From: Candidatus Cloacimonadota bacterium | GTDB lineage: Bacteria; Cloacimonadota; Cloacimonadia; G963667145 | NCBI GenBank assembly: GCA_963676615.1 | Contig: OY781092.1 | Location: 192,001-256,000 of the forward strand | Direction of reading: 5' to 3' | Length of the DNA stretch: 64,000 bases | In this document: positions 8,986 to 19,007 of the stretch, piece by piece | Numbering within the stretch: the stretch's first letter is position 1 | How the letters are laid out: each line of letters starts with the position of its first letter | The notes under the pieces: generated by a model | What the model was told of the DNA's origin: nothing | The model's input: only the letters and a program-made list of their open reading frames with translations | Databases searched by the model: none | Program-made: the position numbers and the translations under genes

Positions 8986-10075
8986 TATTTTGTTTTCTAA
9001 CTCCAATCCTGCGCAGATGTGGGGAGGAGGCGAAAAGTGGATGGTGATGGCAGCTAAGGGCTTACAGGAGCGGGGTCACGAGTGTATAATGGCAGCCAGA
9101 AGAAATTCGCAAATTTTGCAAAAGAGCGAGCAAAATGGGCTGCCAACAAAAATTTTTGAGCTTCATTCGGAATTAAATTTTTTGAAAATTTTTAAGGTAG
9201 CGCGCTTTTTGAAGAAGAAAAAAATCGATATTGTGGTTTTGAATATTACAAAAGATGTGAGGATTGTGGGAGCTGCGGCTCGTTTGGCGGGCGTTAAATT
9301 GGTTGTGGCGCGGCACGGAGCTTTTTTAATTTCTAATAAATTTCGCTATCAAGTGACTTATAAAGCTCTTGTGGATAAAATAATTACCAATAGTAACTCT
9401 ATCAAACAGAGGTATGAATCGTTTGGCTGGATGCCCGACGGTAAAATAAAGATAATTGCTAACGGTGTGGAGTTGCCCGAGAATATTGAGTCTGTTGATT
9501 TGCGGGAAAAATATAGTTTGCCTGAGGATTGTTTTATTTTTGGTGCTTTTGGCAGATTGGCGGATGGTAAGGGGTATGATACGCTTATTGAAGCTGCGAG
9601 TTTGTTGCGCGAAACCAATTTTGTTGTCCTGATTGCTGGCGAAGGAAATCAGCGCAAAATTTTGGAAAGCCTTATCGAAGAAGAAAATTTGCAGAAAAAA
9701 GTTTTGCTTTTGGGTCATTTGGACGATGTTTACCCTTATATGAAAAATATCGATGCTTTGATTCTTTCTTCTACGGAAGAGGGGATGCCCAATGCTGTAT
9801 TGGAAGCGATGTTGCTGGGAAAGCCAGTTATCTCCACAAAAATTAACGATTTGCCAAACATTGTTGAAGACGGCAAAATGGGGTTTATTTGTGGGGTGTC
9901 GGATGCGAAAAGTATGGCATCTAAGATGGATTTGTTTTTGAAAGGCGAAGTTAATATCAACGAAATGGCAAAAAAGGCTCAAATTAAGGCTGAAAGCTGC
10001 TATACAATTGAAAAAATGGTGGATAATTTGGAAGAGTTTTTTGCAAGGAGTTTAGAGTGGAAAAAGCAAAAGTAG
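8972..10075 (+). CDS. Glycosyltransferase family 4
   Basis: WGGGEKW, GRLADGKG, EGMPNAVLEAM. Confidence 0.9.
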   Translation: MKKLNILFSNSNPAQMWGGGEKWMVMAAKGLQERGHECIMAARRNSQILQKSEQNGLPTKIFELHSELNFLKIFKVARFLKKKKIDIVVLNITKDVRIVGAAARLAGVKLVVARHGAFLISNKFRYQVTYKALVDKIITNSNSIKQRYESFGWMPDGKIKIIANGVELPENIESVDLREKYSLPEDCFIFGAFGRLADGKGYDTLIEAASLLRETNFVVLIAGEGNQRKILESLIEEENLQKKVLLLGHLDDVYPYMKNIDALILSSTEEGMPNAVLEAMLLGKPVISTKINDLPNIVEDGKMGFICGVSDAKSMASKMDLFLKGEVNINEMAKKAQIKAESCYTIEKMVDNLEEFFARSLEWKKQK

Positions 10076-11007
10076 CCGTCATTATTCCTTATTATAATGG
10101 GGATGTTTCATTTTTGAATAAAACGGTAGATTCTATTTTAAATCAAACTTTTACCGATTTTAATGTTTATATTGTAAATGATGGATCGGATAGTTTTTTT
10201 TCGGCAGCTGTTAATGGATTGGTAGGCAAGAAGCATAGCCCTAAAATAAACTTACTAAACAAAAAAAATTCTGGTTGTATTGATAGTAGAATTTTTGGAA
10301 TAAAAAATTCTCAAGAGGAATATATAGCTTTGTGTGATGCAGACGATTATTGGGATGAAAAAAAACTGAAGAAACAGGTTCAATTTTTGGAAGAAAATGA
10401 AAATTATGGGTTTGTGGCTTGTCACCATTTAAGAGATAAAAATGGCGTGATTTATGGTGAGGTTAATAAGACAATAATGCCAAGCGAACCTTTAGATATG
10501 CTTGAGCGCCTTTTCATTTCCTCCAATTATGGAGGAGGTAATCCCTCAACTTATTTTTTTAGACGGAAAAATTTTATTAAAGCAGAAAAATATATACCAA
10601 CTGATAAGAACGAGTGTAACGATACACCGTTGCTAATGGCTTTGGCTTATACGGGCTGCAGATTTGGTTTGGTGGATGAGGTGTTGTCATACTATCGGGT
10701 CCATTCAGAAGGGTTGTCTCGAAATAATATCAAGATTTATGATGGCTATACTCGCTTTATTAAGTATAAGGAAGATTTTTTAAATTTAGCGGAAGATCTT
10801 TTAAGAAAAAATGGCTATAATTTTGACTCAATAAAGCGAGAGTCTTTGTATGATGCAAGAATGGATTTGGTAGGAAGATATTGTAATATTGGAGATTTTG
10901 AAAAAGCTTACTTTTACACAAAAGATTCTTTAAGGTATAGAGTGACTATTAAAAATTTAAGAAGGATTTTTAAATACAAGATATTGTCGTTAATGAGAAA
11001 AATATGA
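10057..11007 (+). CDS. Glycosyltransferase family 2
   Basis: VIIPYYN, VNDGS, IALCDADDYW, YYRVH; visibly AT-rich. Confidence 0.9.
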   Translation: MEKAKVAVIIPYYNGDVSFLNKTVDSILNQTFTDFNVYIVNDGSDSFFSAAVNGLVGKKHSPKINLLNKKNSGCIDSRIFGIKNSQEEYIALCDADDYWDEKKLKKQVQFLEENENYGFVACHHLRDKNGVIYGEVNKTIMPSEPLDMLERLFISSNYGGGNPSTYFFRRKNFIKAEKYIPTDKNECNDTPLLMALAYTGCRFGLVDEVLSYYRVHSEGLSRNNIKIYDGYTRFIKYKEDFLNLAEDLLRKNGYNFDSIKRESLYDARMDLVGRYCNIGDFEKAYFYTKDSLRYRVTIKNLRRIFKYKILSLMRKI

Positions 11008-11354
11008 AAATTTTAGTGTTTGGTGCTCATGCTGATGATGCAGAGATTGGAATGGGGGGAACCATTGCAAGGTATGCGTCTATGGGCAATGAGGTGAAGA
11101 TTGTGTGCGCGATTATTCCTTGTGAGAGTTTGCAAGGCGAGAAAGCAAATAAAAGCAAGCAAGATAGGTTGCTGGTAGAGGCAAAATCGCCAAAGAAATT
11201 AGCATCGAAAATACAGTTTTTAGTGGAAAATAAAAAACTAAGAAAGAAGCTTTCTCAAAATGCTTTAGCGACTATGAGGGACAAATTTTCGGAAAATGTT
11301 ATGATTGATAATTTGGAAAAACTTTTTTTGGGGTTAGTCGATAATGGGCGATAG
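11004..11354 (+). pseudogene. Chimeric remnant: PIG-L/LmbE deacetylase N-terminus fused to a GT4 C-terminus
   Basis: Residues 1-55 contain GAHADDAEIGMGGTIA; the rest (LLVEAKSPKKLA...LRKKLSQNA...KFSENVMIDNLEKLF) matches GT4 C-terminal helices. Confidence 0.75.
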
Positions 11355-12522
11355 TCTTTTAGTTTTATTTGGGAAAATTCAGAGTTTATTGCTCCTATTG
11401 ATTTCCTTACTGTTACCGATGCATATATGGATTCCAGAATTGTCTTTGTTTTGTTTTCTATTTTGGTTGTTGCAGGGAAATTGGAAGTTTCGAATAACAG
11501 CTTATGATTGGCAAAAAAATAGAATGATTTTTTTTCTTCTATGTGGTTATTTTTTTTATATAGTTGTTTCAGTTTTATTTTTTTCTCCTTATAAAGCTCA
11601 GTTGTCAGAGCTGGAAAGGCGGTGGGCGTTAGCTATATTCCCTTTAATTTTTATGGGTTCTCCGCAATTGAAAAGTGATAGAAAATTGGTCGATTATATT
11701 TTAATTTTATATTGCCTTGGAGCAGTTTGCACATCAATATATTCGTTGTTTAGAGGAGATTTTTCTTTTTTTGTTCCTAGTGTTTTTTTAGGGAATAGAA
11801 TTCGATTTTCAACTACAATTGTATTAGCAATGGCAATTTTGATCTATTTAAGCTATAAAAATAGAGGAAAGAAGTGGTTTCTGCTTTTTTCGGCAGTTTT
11901 TCAGTTTTTCTATTTGTTTTCAATTTATACTGCTAGTTCTCGATCTGGTATTGTTGCCACGATATGTTTGGGAGTTTTTGTCCTTATTTTTTTCTTGTTA
12001 AAAAAAAATTTAGCAATAATTTATAAAGTTTGTTTATTTATTCTTATTTTTGGAGTTTCTTATGTGCTAGCTACTAATCAAAGAATGAGTCAAGATCTTG
12101 TTAAAAGCCATCGAACGAATATTTATAAATCTGCATTTGACACAGGTTTGCAGGGACTTAGGGGGGTAAATTTCTTTGTTGGAATGGGAGCAGAGGCATC
12201 GCTTGACTTGTTTCATCAGAATCTAAAGAAAATTGGAGAGCAAGTTTACTCACACCCACATAACGATTTTTTTTCAATTTTTCTTAAAAGAGGGATTATA
12301 GGAGAGTTTTTTTTTCTTTTAATTCTTGGTGTTGCTTGGTGTCGAGGGTTGAAAAATAAAAATTTTTTACTTCTATCTTTTTTGTTAATATCTCTAATTT
12401 ATCATCTGTTTAATGGTGTTTTTGAAATACGCCATGATATATATTTATACTATTATTTTTACTGTTTTTTTATGTTCGTTGTTTCGGTTAAGAATAAAAA
12501 ATATAAAGAAAAGTTTAATTAA
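11344..12522 (+). CDS. waaL: O-antigen ligase (Wzy_C) family membrane protein
   Basis: Many TM segments, SSRSG, R..IY, GMG, HPHNDF...GIIG. Confidence 0.8.
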   Translation: MGDSLLVLFGKIQSLLLLLISLLLPMHIWIPELSLFCFLFWLLQGNWKFRITAYDWQKNRMIFFLLCGYFFYIVVSVLFFSPYKAQLSELERRWALAIFPLIFMGSPQLKSDRKLVDYILILYCLGAVCTSIYSLFRGDFSFFVPSVFLGNRIRFSTTIVLAMAILIYLSYKNRGKKWFLLFSAVFQFFYLFSIYTASSRSGIVATICLGVFVLIFFLLKKNLAIIYKVCLFILIFGVSYVLATNQRMSQDLVKSHRTNIYKSAFDTGLQGLRGVNFFVGMGAEASLDLFHQNLKKIGEQVYSHPHNDFFSIFLKRGIIGEFFFLLILGVAWCRGLKNKNFLLLSFLLISLIYHLFNGVFEIRHDIYLYYYFYCFFMFVVSVKNKKYKEKFN

Positions 12523-12537
12523 AAAAGAGAGGCATAG

Positions 12538-13071
12538 TTGAGTAATTGTTTATTGGTTCTCAACCCAAAATTTTTCCAAGATTCTCGCGGTTATTTTATG
12601 GAGAGCTTTAGGCTGGACGATTTTGAGGCGAAAGTGGGAAAGATAAATTTTGTGCAAGAGAACGAGTCGTGCTCCAGTTTTGGAGTTTTAAGAGGTTTGC
12701 ATTTGCAAAAAGAGCCGTATGCTCAAAGTAAACTGGTGCGTTGTGTTGTGGGCAAAATTTTGGATGTGGCTGTGGATTTGCGGCCAGATTCGACAAAATT
12801 TGGCAGATACGAGTTGGTAGAGTTGTCGGAAGAGAATAAAAAGCAGTTTTTTATTCCCAAAGGTTTTGCTCATGGATTTTTGGCGCTGAGCGAGAAAGTG
12901 GTGGTGCAGTACAAGGTCGATAACTATTACAATCCAGCGTCAGAAGCTGGAATTATGTGGAACGACCCAAGCGTGGGAATTGATTGGCAGTTGGAGAAAT
13001 ATGGTATTCAAAAGCCGATTTTGTCAGAAAAGGATGAAAAATACCCAGGGTTACAGGAGTTTATCAGGTGA
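12538..13071 (+). CDS. rmlC: dTDP-4-dehydrorhamnose 3,5-epimerase
   Basis: DSRGYFMES, GVLRGLH, DVAVDLR, IPKGFAHGF, WNDP. Confidence 0.96.
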   Translation: MSNCLLVLNPKFFQDSRGYFMESFRLDDFEAKVGKINFVQENESCSSFGVLRGLHLQKEPYAQSKLVRCVVGKILDVAVDLRPDSTKFGRYELVELSEENKKQFFIPKGFAHGFLALSEKVVVQYKVDNYYNPASEAGIMWNDPSVGIDWQLEKYGIQKPILSEKDEKYPGLQEFIR

Positions 13072-13916
13072 AAATTTTAATTTTGGGAGCAGAAGGTCAG
13101 CTGGGAAAAGCTGCTGTTTTGCATTGCAAACAAGAAGTAGTTCCATTTTTTGCGCCACGAGAGAATGAAGCCAATATTTGTGATTTTGATAGGATAAAAA
13201 AGGTGATAGCTGGCTCTGGTTGCACCCATATTTTGAACTGTGCGGCGTATAATAATGTCGATAGAGCGGAGGAAGATGCGAAGGCTGCCTTTTTGGTGAA
13301 CGCCGACGCGGTAAAAAATTTAGCGGAAATTTGCCAAAATCTGAAAGTGAAATTGGTTCATTTTTCTACAGATTATGTTTTTGATGGCAAAGCGTCTAAA
13401 CCTTATACCGAAAACGATGTGGCGGTTGCTTTGTCAAAATACGGACAGTCAAAACTAGAGGGCGAAAAAAACGCTTTGCGTTATTGTGAGAACTCTTTGG
13501 TGATAAGGACTTCGTGGGTTTTTGGTGAAGGGATAAATTTTATAGCAAAAGTTTTGGAATGGTCGAAAAATGGGAGTCTGAAAATTGCAGATGACGAGTT
13601 TTCGTCTCCGACTTCGGCAAAATTACTTGCCAAAATTGCGTTAGCTTTGTTAAAAAAAGAACGAAGTGGCTTGTTTCAGATTTGTTGTCGTAATGGTTGT
13701 TCTAGATACGATTTGGCGAGGTTTGTTTTGCAAGAGATGAAAATTGCCGTGGGGATAGAAAAAGTCTCGAAGAGTATTTTTGGATTGCCCGCTAAAAGAC
13801 CTGATTATTCTTTTATGTCGACCGAAAAAGTGGAGAAGTCGCTGGGGATTGAGTTGCCATTTTGGGAAGACGAAGTGAGAAATTTTTTGAAAGAGAAAAA
13901 GGACACAGAACAATGA
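13068..13916 (+). CDS. rmlD: dTDP-4-dehydrorhamnose reductase
   Basis: GAEGQLG, NCAAYNNVDRAE, STDYVFDG, YGQSKLEGE, AKRP. Confidence 0.95.
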   Translation: MKILILGAEGQLGKAAVLHCKQEVVPFFAPRENEANICDFDRIKKVIAGSGCTHILNCAAYNNVDRAEEDAKAAFLVNADAVKNLAEICQNLKVKLVHFSTDYVFDGKASKPYTENDVAVALSKYGQSKLEGEKNALRYCENSLVIRTSWVFGEGINFIAKVLEWSKNGSLKIADDEFSSPTSAKLLAKIALALLKKERSGLFQICCRNGCSRYDLARFVLQEMKIAVGIEKVSKSIFGLPAKRPDYSFMSTEKVEKSLGIELPFWEDEVRNFLKEKKDTEQ

Positions 13917-14962
13917 ATAACATCCTAGTTACAGGGGGTGCAGGGTTTATTGGCAGCCATTTGGTGCGGCTGCTGGTGAACAAGTATCCCGACAAAAGAA
14001 TCGTGAATTTTGACAAGTTGACTTATGCGGGCAATTTGGAGAATTTGAAAGATGTTGAGCAGAAGGCGAACTATTTTTTTGTGAAGGCGGATATTTGCGA
14101 CGCTCAGGCGGTGGACAAAATTTTTGCCGAATATAAGATTGACGGCGTGATTCATCTGGCGGCAGAGTCGCATGTGGACAGGTCTATCACCAATCCGTTT
14201 GAGTTTGCCAGGACGAATGTGATGGGCACGCTCACGCTTTTGCAGACGGCGAAAAATTTTTGGCAGGAAGATTTTGCGAATAAACTTTTTTACCATATTT
14301 CGACCGACGAAGTTTACGGCTCGCTCGGGAAAGAGGGCTATTTTGTTGAGGAGACGCCATACGATCCGAAATCGCCATACTCCGCGTCCAAAGCGGCGTC
14401 CGACCACTTTGTGCGGGCGTATGCGAACACTTTTGGCTTGCCGACGATTGTCTCGAATTGCTCGAATAATTACGGTCCGAATCAGTTTCCTGAAAAGCTT
14501 TTGCCGCTGTTTATTAACAATATTCAGCAAAAAAAGCCGCTGCCGGTTTATGGAAAGGGCGAAAATGTGCGCGATTGGCTTTATGTAATCGATCACGCGC
14601 GGGCTATCGATGCGATTTTTTTCTCGGGCAAAGTCGGACAGACCTACAATATTGGCGGATTTAACGAGTGGACGAATATCGATTTGATAAAACTTTTGTG
14701 CAAGGTGATGGATGAAAAACTGGGCAGAGACGCTGGCGAGAGCGAGAAGTTGATAACTTATGTCAAAGACCGAGCGGGGCACGATATGCGCTACGCCATC
14801 GATTCTGGCAAACTCAAGACCGAGCTGGGCTGGCAGCCGTCGTTGCAGTTTGAGCAGGGGCTCTCCGAAACTGTCGATTGGTATTTGAACAACGGTGAGT
14901 GGCTGGCGAGCGTCACCAGTGGCGATTATCAAGATTATTACAAAAAAATGTATGAGCAGTAG
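13913..14962 (+). CDS. rmlB: dTDP-glucose 4,6-dehydratase
   Basis: TGGAGFIGS, DKLTYAGNL, HLAAESHVDRSI, STDEVYG, SPYSASK; ATGA overlap with rmlD. Confidence 0.97.
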   Translation: MNNILVTGGAGFIGSHLVRLLVNKYPDKRIVNFDKLTYAGNLENLKDVEQKANYFFVKADICDAQAVDKIFAEYKIDGVIHLAAESHVDRSITNPFEFARTNVMGTLTLLQTAKNFWQEDFANKLFYHISTDEVYGSLGKEGYFVEETPYDPKSPYSASKAASDHFVRAYANTFGLPTIVSNCSNNYGPNQFPEKLLPLFINNIQQKKPLPVYGKGENVRDWLYVIDHARAIDAIFFSGKVGQTYNIGGFNEWTNIDLIKLLCKVMDEKLGRDAGESEKLITYVKDRAGHDMRYAIDSGKLKTELGWQPSLQFEQGLSETVDWYLNNGEWLASVTSGDYQDYYKKMYEQ

Positions 14963-14984
14963 GGAAATTTTGAGGATTTGAACT

Positions 14985-15290
14985 TTGAAAGATATAAAAT
15001 TTTTAATGAAAGAGATTATGGCAAAGCTTGCTGTGGAGAATCCCGAAAAGGTTTATATTTTCGGAAGTTATGCTTGGGGAACTCCGACAGACGAGAGTGA
15101 TTTGGATTTGTGTGTTGTGAAAAAGTTCTACAATTCTCGTTGGGAAGAGAAAAAAAAGATTGATGAGCTGCTGAAAGATATCAAAATTGCAAAAGATATT
15201 TTGGTGCCAACTCAAGAGGAGTTTGATTTCTACCGCAAAGAGTGCGGGTCTGTTTACAAAGAGATTTACGAAAAGGGAATTCTTTTATGA
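14985..15290 (+). CDS. Minimal nucleotidyltransferase (MNT)
   Basis: IFGSYAWGTPTDESDLDL (GS-x10-DxD), 101 aa. Confidence 0.9.
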   Translation: MKDIKFLMKEIMAKLAVENPEKVYIFGSYAWGTPTDESDLDLCVVKKFYNSRWEEKKKIDELLKDIKIAKDILVPTQEEFDFYRKECGSVYKEIYEKGILL

Positions 15291-15682
15291 GGTTTGAAAA
15301 ACAGTTTGTTGTTTTGTTTAAAAAAGCAAAGGCTGATTGTGAAACCGCTAAAATAATTTTTGCTGAAATTGAAAAAGGGAACGCAAAACTTGAAATTTGG
15401 ATTGTATTTTTTCATCTTCAGCAAAGTGTCGAAAAGGCTCTTAAAGCTCTTTTGGCTTATCACAAAGTTCATATTTTGAAAACTCACGATATTGGCTCTT
15501 TGTTGATGAAATTGGAAGAAATTGGCGTTAATGCCGTTTTTGATAAAGAGAGTTTGAGTTTTTTGTCGTATTTTGCTGTCGAAGGCAGATATGGAGCGGT
15601 TTTGGACAAAGTTGAAAATCCAGAGAGGTTTTTGTTTCTTGTTGAAAATTTATTAAATTTCATCGAAAAGGAGTTGAAATGA
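15287..15682 (+). CDS. HEPN domain protein (COG2250/sacsin-like type)
   Basis: [27 protein letters not shown] overlaps at both ends. Confidence 0.88.
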   Translation: MRFEKQFVVLFKKAKADCETAKIIFAEIEKGNAKLEIWIVFFHLQQSVEKALKALLAYHKVHILKTHDIGSLLMKLEEIGVNAVFDKESLSFLSYFAVEGRYGAVLDKVENPERFLFLVENLLNFIEKELK

Positions 15683-16560
15683 AAGGAATTGTTTTGGCTG
15701 GCGGAAGTGGAACGAGGCTTTATCCTGTGACGCAGTCGATTTCCAAGCAGCTATTGCCAATTTACGACAAGCCAATGATTTACTATCCGATTTCGATTTT
15801 GATGCTTGCCGGGATCAAAGATATTTTGGTGATTTCCACGCCGCAAGATTTGCCGAAGTTTGAGCAAATGCTGGGCGATGGAGGCGACTTTGGCGTGAAT
15901 TTTTCGTATGTGGAGCAGCCGAGTCCCGATGGTTTGGCGCAGGCTTTCATTTTGGGGGAAGAGTTCCTCGCCGATGACGATGTTTGCTTGATTTTGGGTG
16001 ATAATATTTTTCACGGAAATGGAATCGTTGAGCTTTTGCAAAATGCCCGCAGAAATGTGGAAAATAATAAGGAAGCGACAATTTTTGGTTACTATGTTGA
16101 AGACCCAGAGCGCTATGGGATTGCCGATTTTGACGAGAATCTGAGCGTGAAAAGCATTATGGAAAAACCCGCAAATCCTGCGAACAACTATGCGATTGTG
16201 GGGCTGTATTTTTTCCCAAAGGGCGTTAGCGATGTCGCCAAAAATGTGCAGCCGTCGCCAAGGGGCGAGCTGGAGATAACTTCGGTGATTGATGCGTATT
16301 TGCAGCGGCAGAAGTTGAAGCTGGAGCTGATGGGAAGAGGGTTTGCGTGGTTGGACACGGGCACGCACCAGACGCTTTTGGAGGCGAGTTCGTATATCGA
16401 AATTTTGGAGCGTCGTCAGGGGCTGAAGGTCGCTTGCTTGGAGGAGATTGCTTATCGCCAAGGGTTTATTGACAGGGCAAAGCTGCTGGAGCAGGGGCAA
16501 AAAATGAGCAAAAACAGCTATGGGCAGTATTTGTTGAAACTGGCAGAAAAGCGGGTTTAG
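15679..16560 (+). CDS. rmlA: Glucose-1-phosphate thymidylyltransferase
   Basis: [49 protein letters not shown]. Confidence 0.97.
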   Translation: MKGIVLAGGSGTRLYPVTQSISKQLLPIYDKPMIYYPISILMLAGIKDILVISTPQDLPKFEQMLGDGGDFGVNFSYVEQPSPDGLAQAFILGEEFLADDDVCLILGDNIFHGNGIVELLQNARRNVENNKEATIFGYYVEDPERYGIADFDENLSVKSIMEKPANPANNYAIVGLYFFPKGVSDVAKNVQPSPRGELEITSVIDAYLQRQKLKLELMGRGFAWLDTGTHQTLLEASSYIEILERRQGLKVACLEEIAYRQGFIDRAKLLEQGQKMSKNSYGQYLLKLAEKRV

Positions 16561-16561
16561 T

Positions 16562-17554
16562 TTGGAAATTAATTTTAGCGAGATTGAAAAAATTTTGATA
16601 ATTGCGCCGTTTCGGTTTGGCGATGTTTTGCTAAATACTGGCTATTTGCCGTTTTTGCGCGAGAAATTTCCTACGGCTAAAATCGATTTTTTGACGCGAA
16701 TTCCGTGCCAAATGATGCTTGAGGGCAATCCAAATTTGGACGGATTTGTTTTATTTCGTAAAAGAAGAGGGCTTGCAAATTTTTGGGAGAGAGTGAAACT
16801 TTTTTGGCGTGTGCGAAAAAGGCGCTACGATTTGATTATCGACCAGACGAGGGGGACCACAGGCGGTCAGATAACTTTGTTTAGCGGGGCGAAATATCGT
16901 CTTGGTTATGCAAATTCTCGCTACAAAAGGTTTTACAATTTTTTTGGTTTTGAGGGCAAGCAGCGTTATTCTGGGGCGATGCGGTTCGATTTGCTTGAGT
17001 CTTTGGGCATTAAGGAACAGAAATTTAATTTGCATTTTACGGTGAAAGATGACGATAGAAAATATATTAAAAATTGGTTTGAAACGAACAAGCTTTTGGG
17101 TAAAAAGTTGATTGTCCTCTCGCCAGGCTCACCTGTGCCGCGCAAAATGTGGGAGCTGGATAAATATGCAAAACTTTGTGATTTGATAGTCAAAAAGCTG
17201 GGTTATGTGCCGATTCTTAGGTGGATTCCCGAAGAGCTAAAATATGTGAAGAAAGTGCAGGCTTTGGCGAAAGAAGAGGTTGTGTTGGCGCCTCCAGCGG
17301 ACTTTTCAAAGACGGGAGCTTTGCTAGAGAATTCGGTAATTTTGGTGTGTAACGATGGTGGCATCAACCATTTTAGTCAAGCGGTAGGTTGTCCGTCTTT
17401 GGCGATTTTTACCGACAGTAGCGAGACCAAAAATTGGAGTATGCAGGGAGTTTTTGAGCGTCACTGGCACATCACTGCAGAAAAGACAAATGAGCTAACC
17501 GTGGAAAAAATTTTTGCCAAGTTGCAAAGTTGCTTGCAAGAGATTAAAAAGTAG
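16562..17554 (+). CDS. Glycosyltransferase family 9
   Basis: KILIIAPFRFGDVLL, SPGS...KMW, CNDGGINHFS. Confidence 0.88.
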   Translation: MEINFSEIEKILIIAPFRFGDVLLNTGYLPFLREKFPTAKIDFLTRIPCQMMLEGNPNLDGFVLFRKRRGLANFWERVKLFWRVRKRRYDLIIDQTRGTTGGQITLFSGAKYRLGYANSRYKRFYNFFGFEGKQRYSGAMRFDLLESLGIKEQKFNLHFTVKDDDRKYIKNWFETNKLLGKKLIVLSPGSPVPRKMWELDKYAKLCDLIVKKLGYVPILRWIPEELKYVKKVQALAKEEVVLAPPADFSKTGALLENSVILVCNDGGINHFSQAVGCPSLAIFTDSSETKNWSMQGVFERHWHITAEKTNELTVEKIFAKLQSCLQEIKK

Positions 17555-17845
17555 ATGATGGAAAAATATTTAGAAGTGGTCAAGAAGATTGTGTTGCAAG
17601 AGGTAAATGGGACGACAAGAGTTTTTTTGTTCGGATCAAGAGCTTATGGCGATTTTAAGCCTTTTTCTGATGCTGATGTTGGTTTATTGGATAGTGAGGG
17701 CATAAGTCCAGCAGTTATTGCGTCTATTGAAAATAATTTGAATGAGTCTTGTGTGCCTTACAAAGTGGATTTGGTAGATTTTAGTAAAGTAAGTGAAAAA
17801 TTTAAAGATGAGGCAATGAAAAAAATTGTAGTATGGCAAGATTAG
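17555..17845 (+). CDS. Minimal nucleotidyltransferase (MntA-like antitoxin)
   Basis: LFGSRAYGDFKPFSDADV, PYKVDLVDF. Confidence 0.9.
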   Translation: MMEKYLEVVKKIVLQEVNGTTRVFLFGSRAYGDFKPFSDADVGLLDSEGISPAVIASIENNLNESCVPYKVDLVDFSKVSEKFKDEAMKKIVVWQD

Positions 17846-18246
17846 AAAAAGAAAAATTGGCTATATTGTCTGAGGCCGTGAGAGGTTTTAGCTCTGCGCT
17901 TTCGTTATCGATGGTAGATTTGAATGATGAGGTAAAAGAGTTGGTAAATAATGGAAAGATTCAAAAATTTGAGTATTGCGTAGAACTTTTGTGGAAAAAT
18001 ATTAAGATTTTTTTATTCGATATTGAGGGAATTGACATCAAAAGTCCCAAGGCGGCGATTAAGGAGTTTTATGCCACAAGATATTTTGGTGAGCAAGATT
18101 ATTTGCTTGCCTTACAAATGATTGATGATCGGAACTTGCTGAGCCATATTTATAGGCAGGAAGTTTTTTCTGAAATTTTGGGTAAATTGGATAAATATTG
18201 TGAATTGATGGGAAAAGTAGTGAAGATTTTACGGAAACAAAAATGA
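17833..18246 (+). CDS. HEPN protein, HI0074/nucleotidyltransferase substrate-binding family (HepT-like toxin)
   Basis: IQKFEYCVELLWK, SPK, DRNLLSHIY (Rx4HxY). Confidence 0.88.
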   Translation: MARLEKEKLAILSEAVRGFSSALSLSMVDLNDEVKELVNNGKIQKFEYCVELLWKNIKIFLFDIEGIDIKSPKAAIKEFYATRYFGEQDYLLALQMIDDRNLLSHIYRQEVFSEILGKLDKYCELMGKVVKILRKQK

Positions 18247-19007
18247 ATAAATTGTCGGTTGTAATTTTGGTGAAAAATGGGATGCCTATTTTGGCGCAGA
18301 CGCTCAAATCTGTGGAGTGGGCAGACGAAATTTTGGTGGTAGATTCTGGTTCGAGTGACGCATCAATTGCCGAATGTGAGAAGTATGAAAATTGCAAAGT
18401 CGTTACAACGCCTTGGCTAGGATTTGGCAAAACTCACCATTTTGGCGTTGAGAGCGCAAAATTTGACAACATTTTTAATGTCGATCAGGACGAGGTCGTG
18501 ACAGATGCACTGAAAGAAAAAATTTTGACTTTGCTGGCAGAGGGTGAGCTAGACAAGGTTTACCGAATTAAAAGGGAAACTTTTTATTTGACCAAGATTA
18601 TAAAGCATTGCTGGAGTGGCGATTATCCCACGCGCGTCTTCAATAGAAAATATGCCAATTTTGTGGACGAAGCTGTTCCGCATGAGTATGTCGTCAGTGA
18701 TTTGCCCGCAGAAAAAATCCAGGAACTTTTGGTTCACAAGTGCTATCCGAGCCTTAATTTGCATTTGCAGAAAATCAATTTTTACACCGAAAATGGAGCA
18801 AAATTTTTGCATAAAAAGGGCAAAAAAAGTGGACTTTTGAAAGCTTTTTTTCACGGTGGATTTATGTTTTTTAAAATGTTTTTTTTGCGTTTGGGATTTT
18901 TGGACGGAAAAGTTGGTTTTGTCTTGAGTCTAAACTCTGCGTTTTATGTTTATCTGAAATATATCAAACTTTGGCAGTTTGGCAAAGGAGCAGGACTGGA
19001 TGGCTAA
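18243..19007 (+). CDS. Glycosyltransferase family 2 (WaaE/KdtX-like beta-1,4-glucosyltransferase)
   Basis: LSVVILVKN, DEILVVDSGSSD, WLGFG, VDQDE, HE, LGFLDGKVG. Confidence 0.88.
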   Translation: MNKLSVVILVKNGMPILAQTLKSVEWADEILVVDSGSSDASIAECEKYENCKVVTTPWLGFGKTHHFGVESAKFDNIFNVDQDEVVTDALKEKILTLLAEGELDKVYRIKRETFYLTKIIKHCWSGDYPTRVFNRKYANFVDEAVPHEYVVSDLPAEKIQELLVHKCYPSLNLHLQKINFYTENGAKFLHKKGKKSGLLKAFFHGGFMFFKMFFLRLGFLDGKVGFVLSLNSAFYVYLKYIKLWQFGKGAGLDG

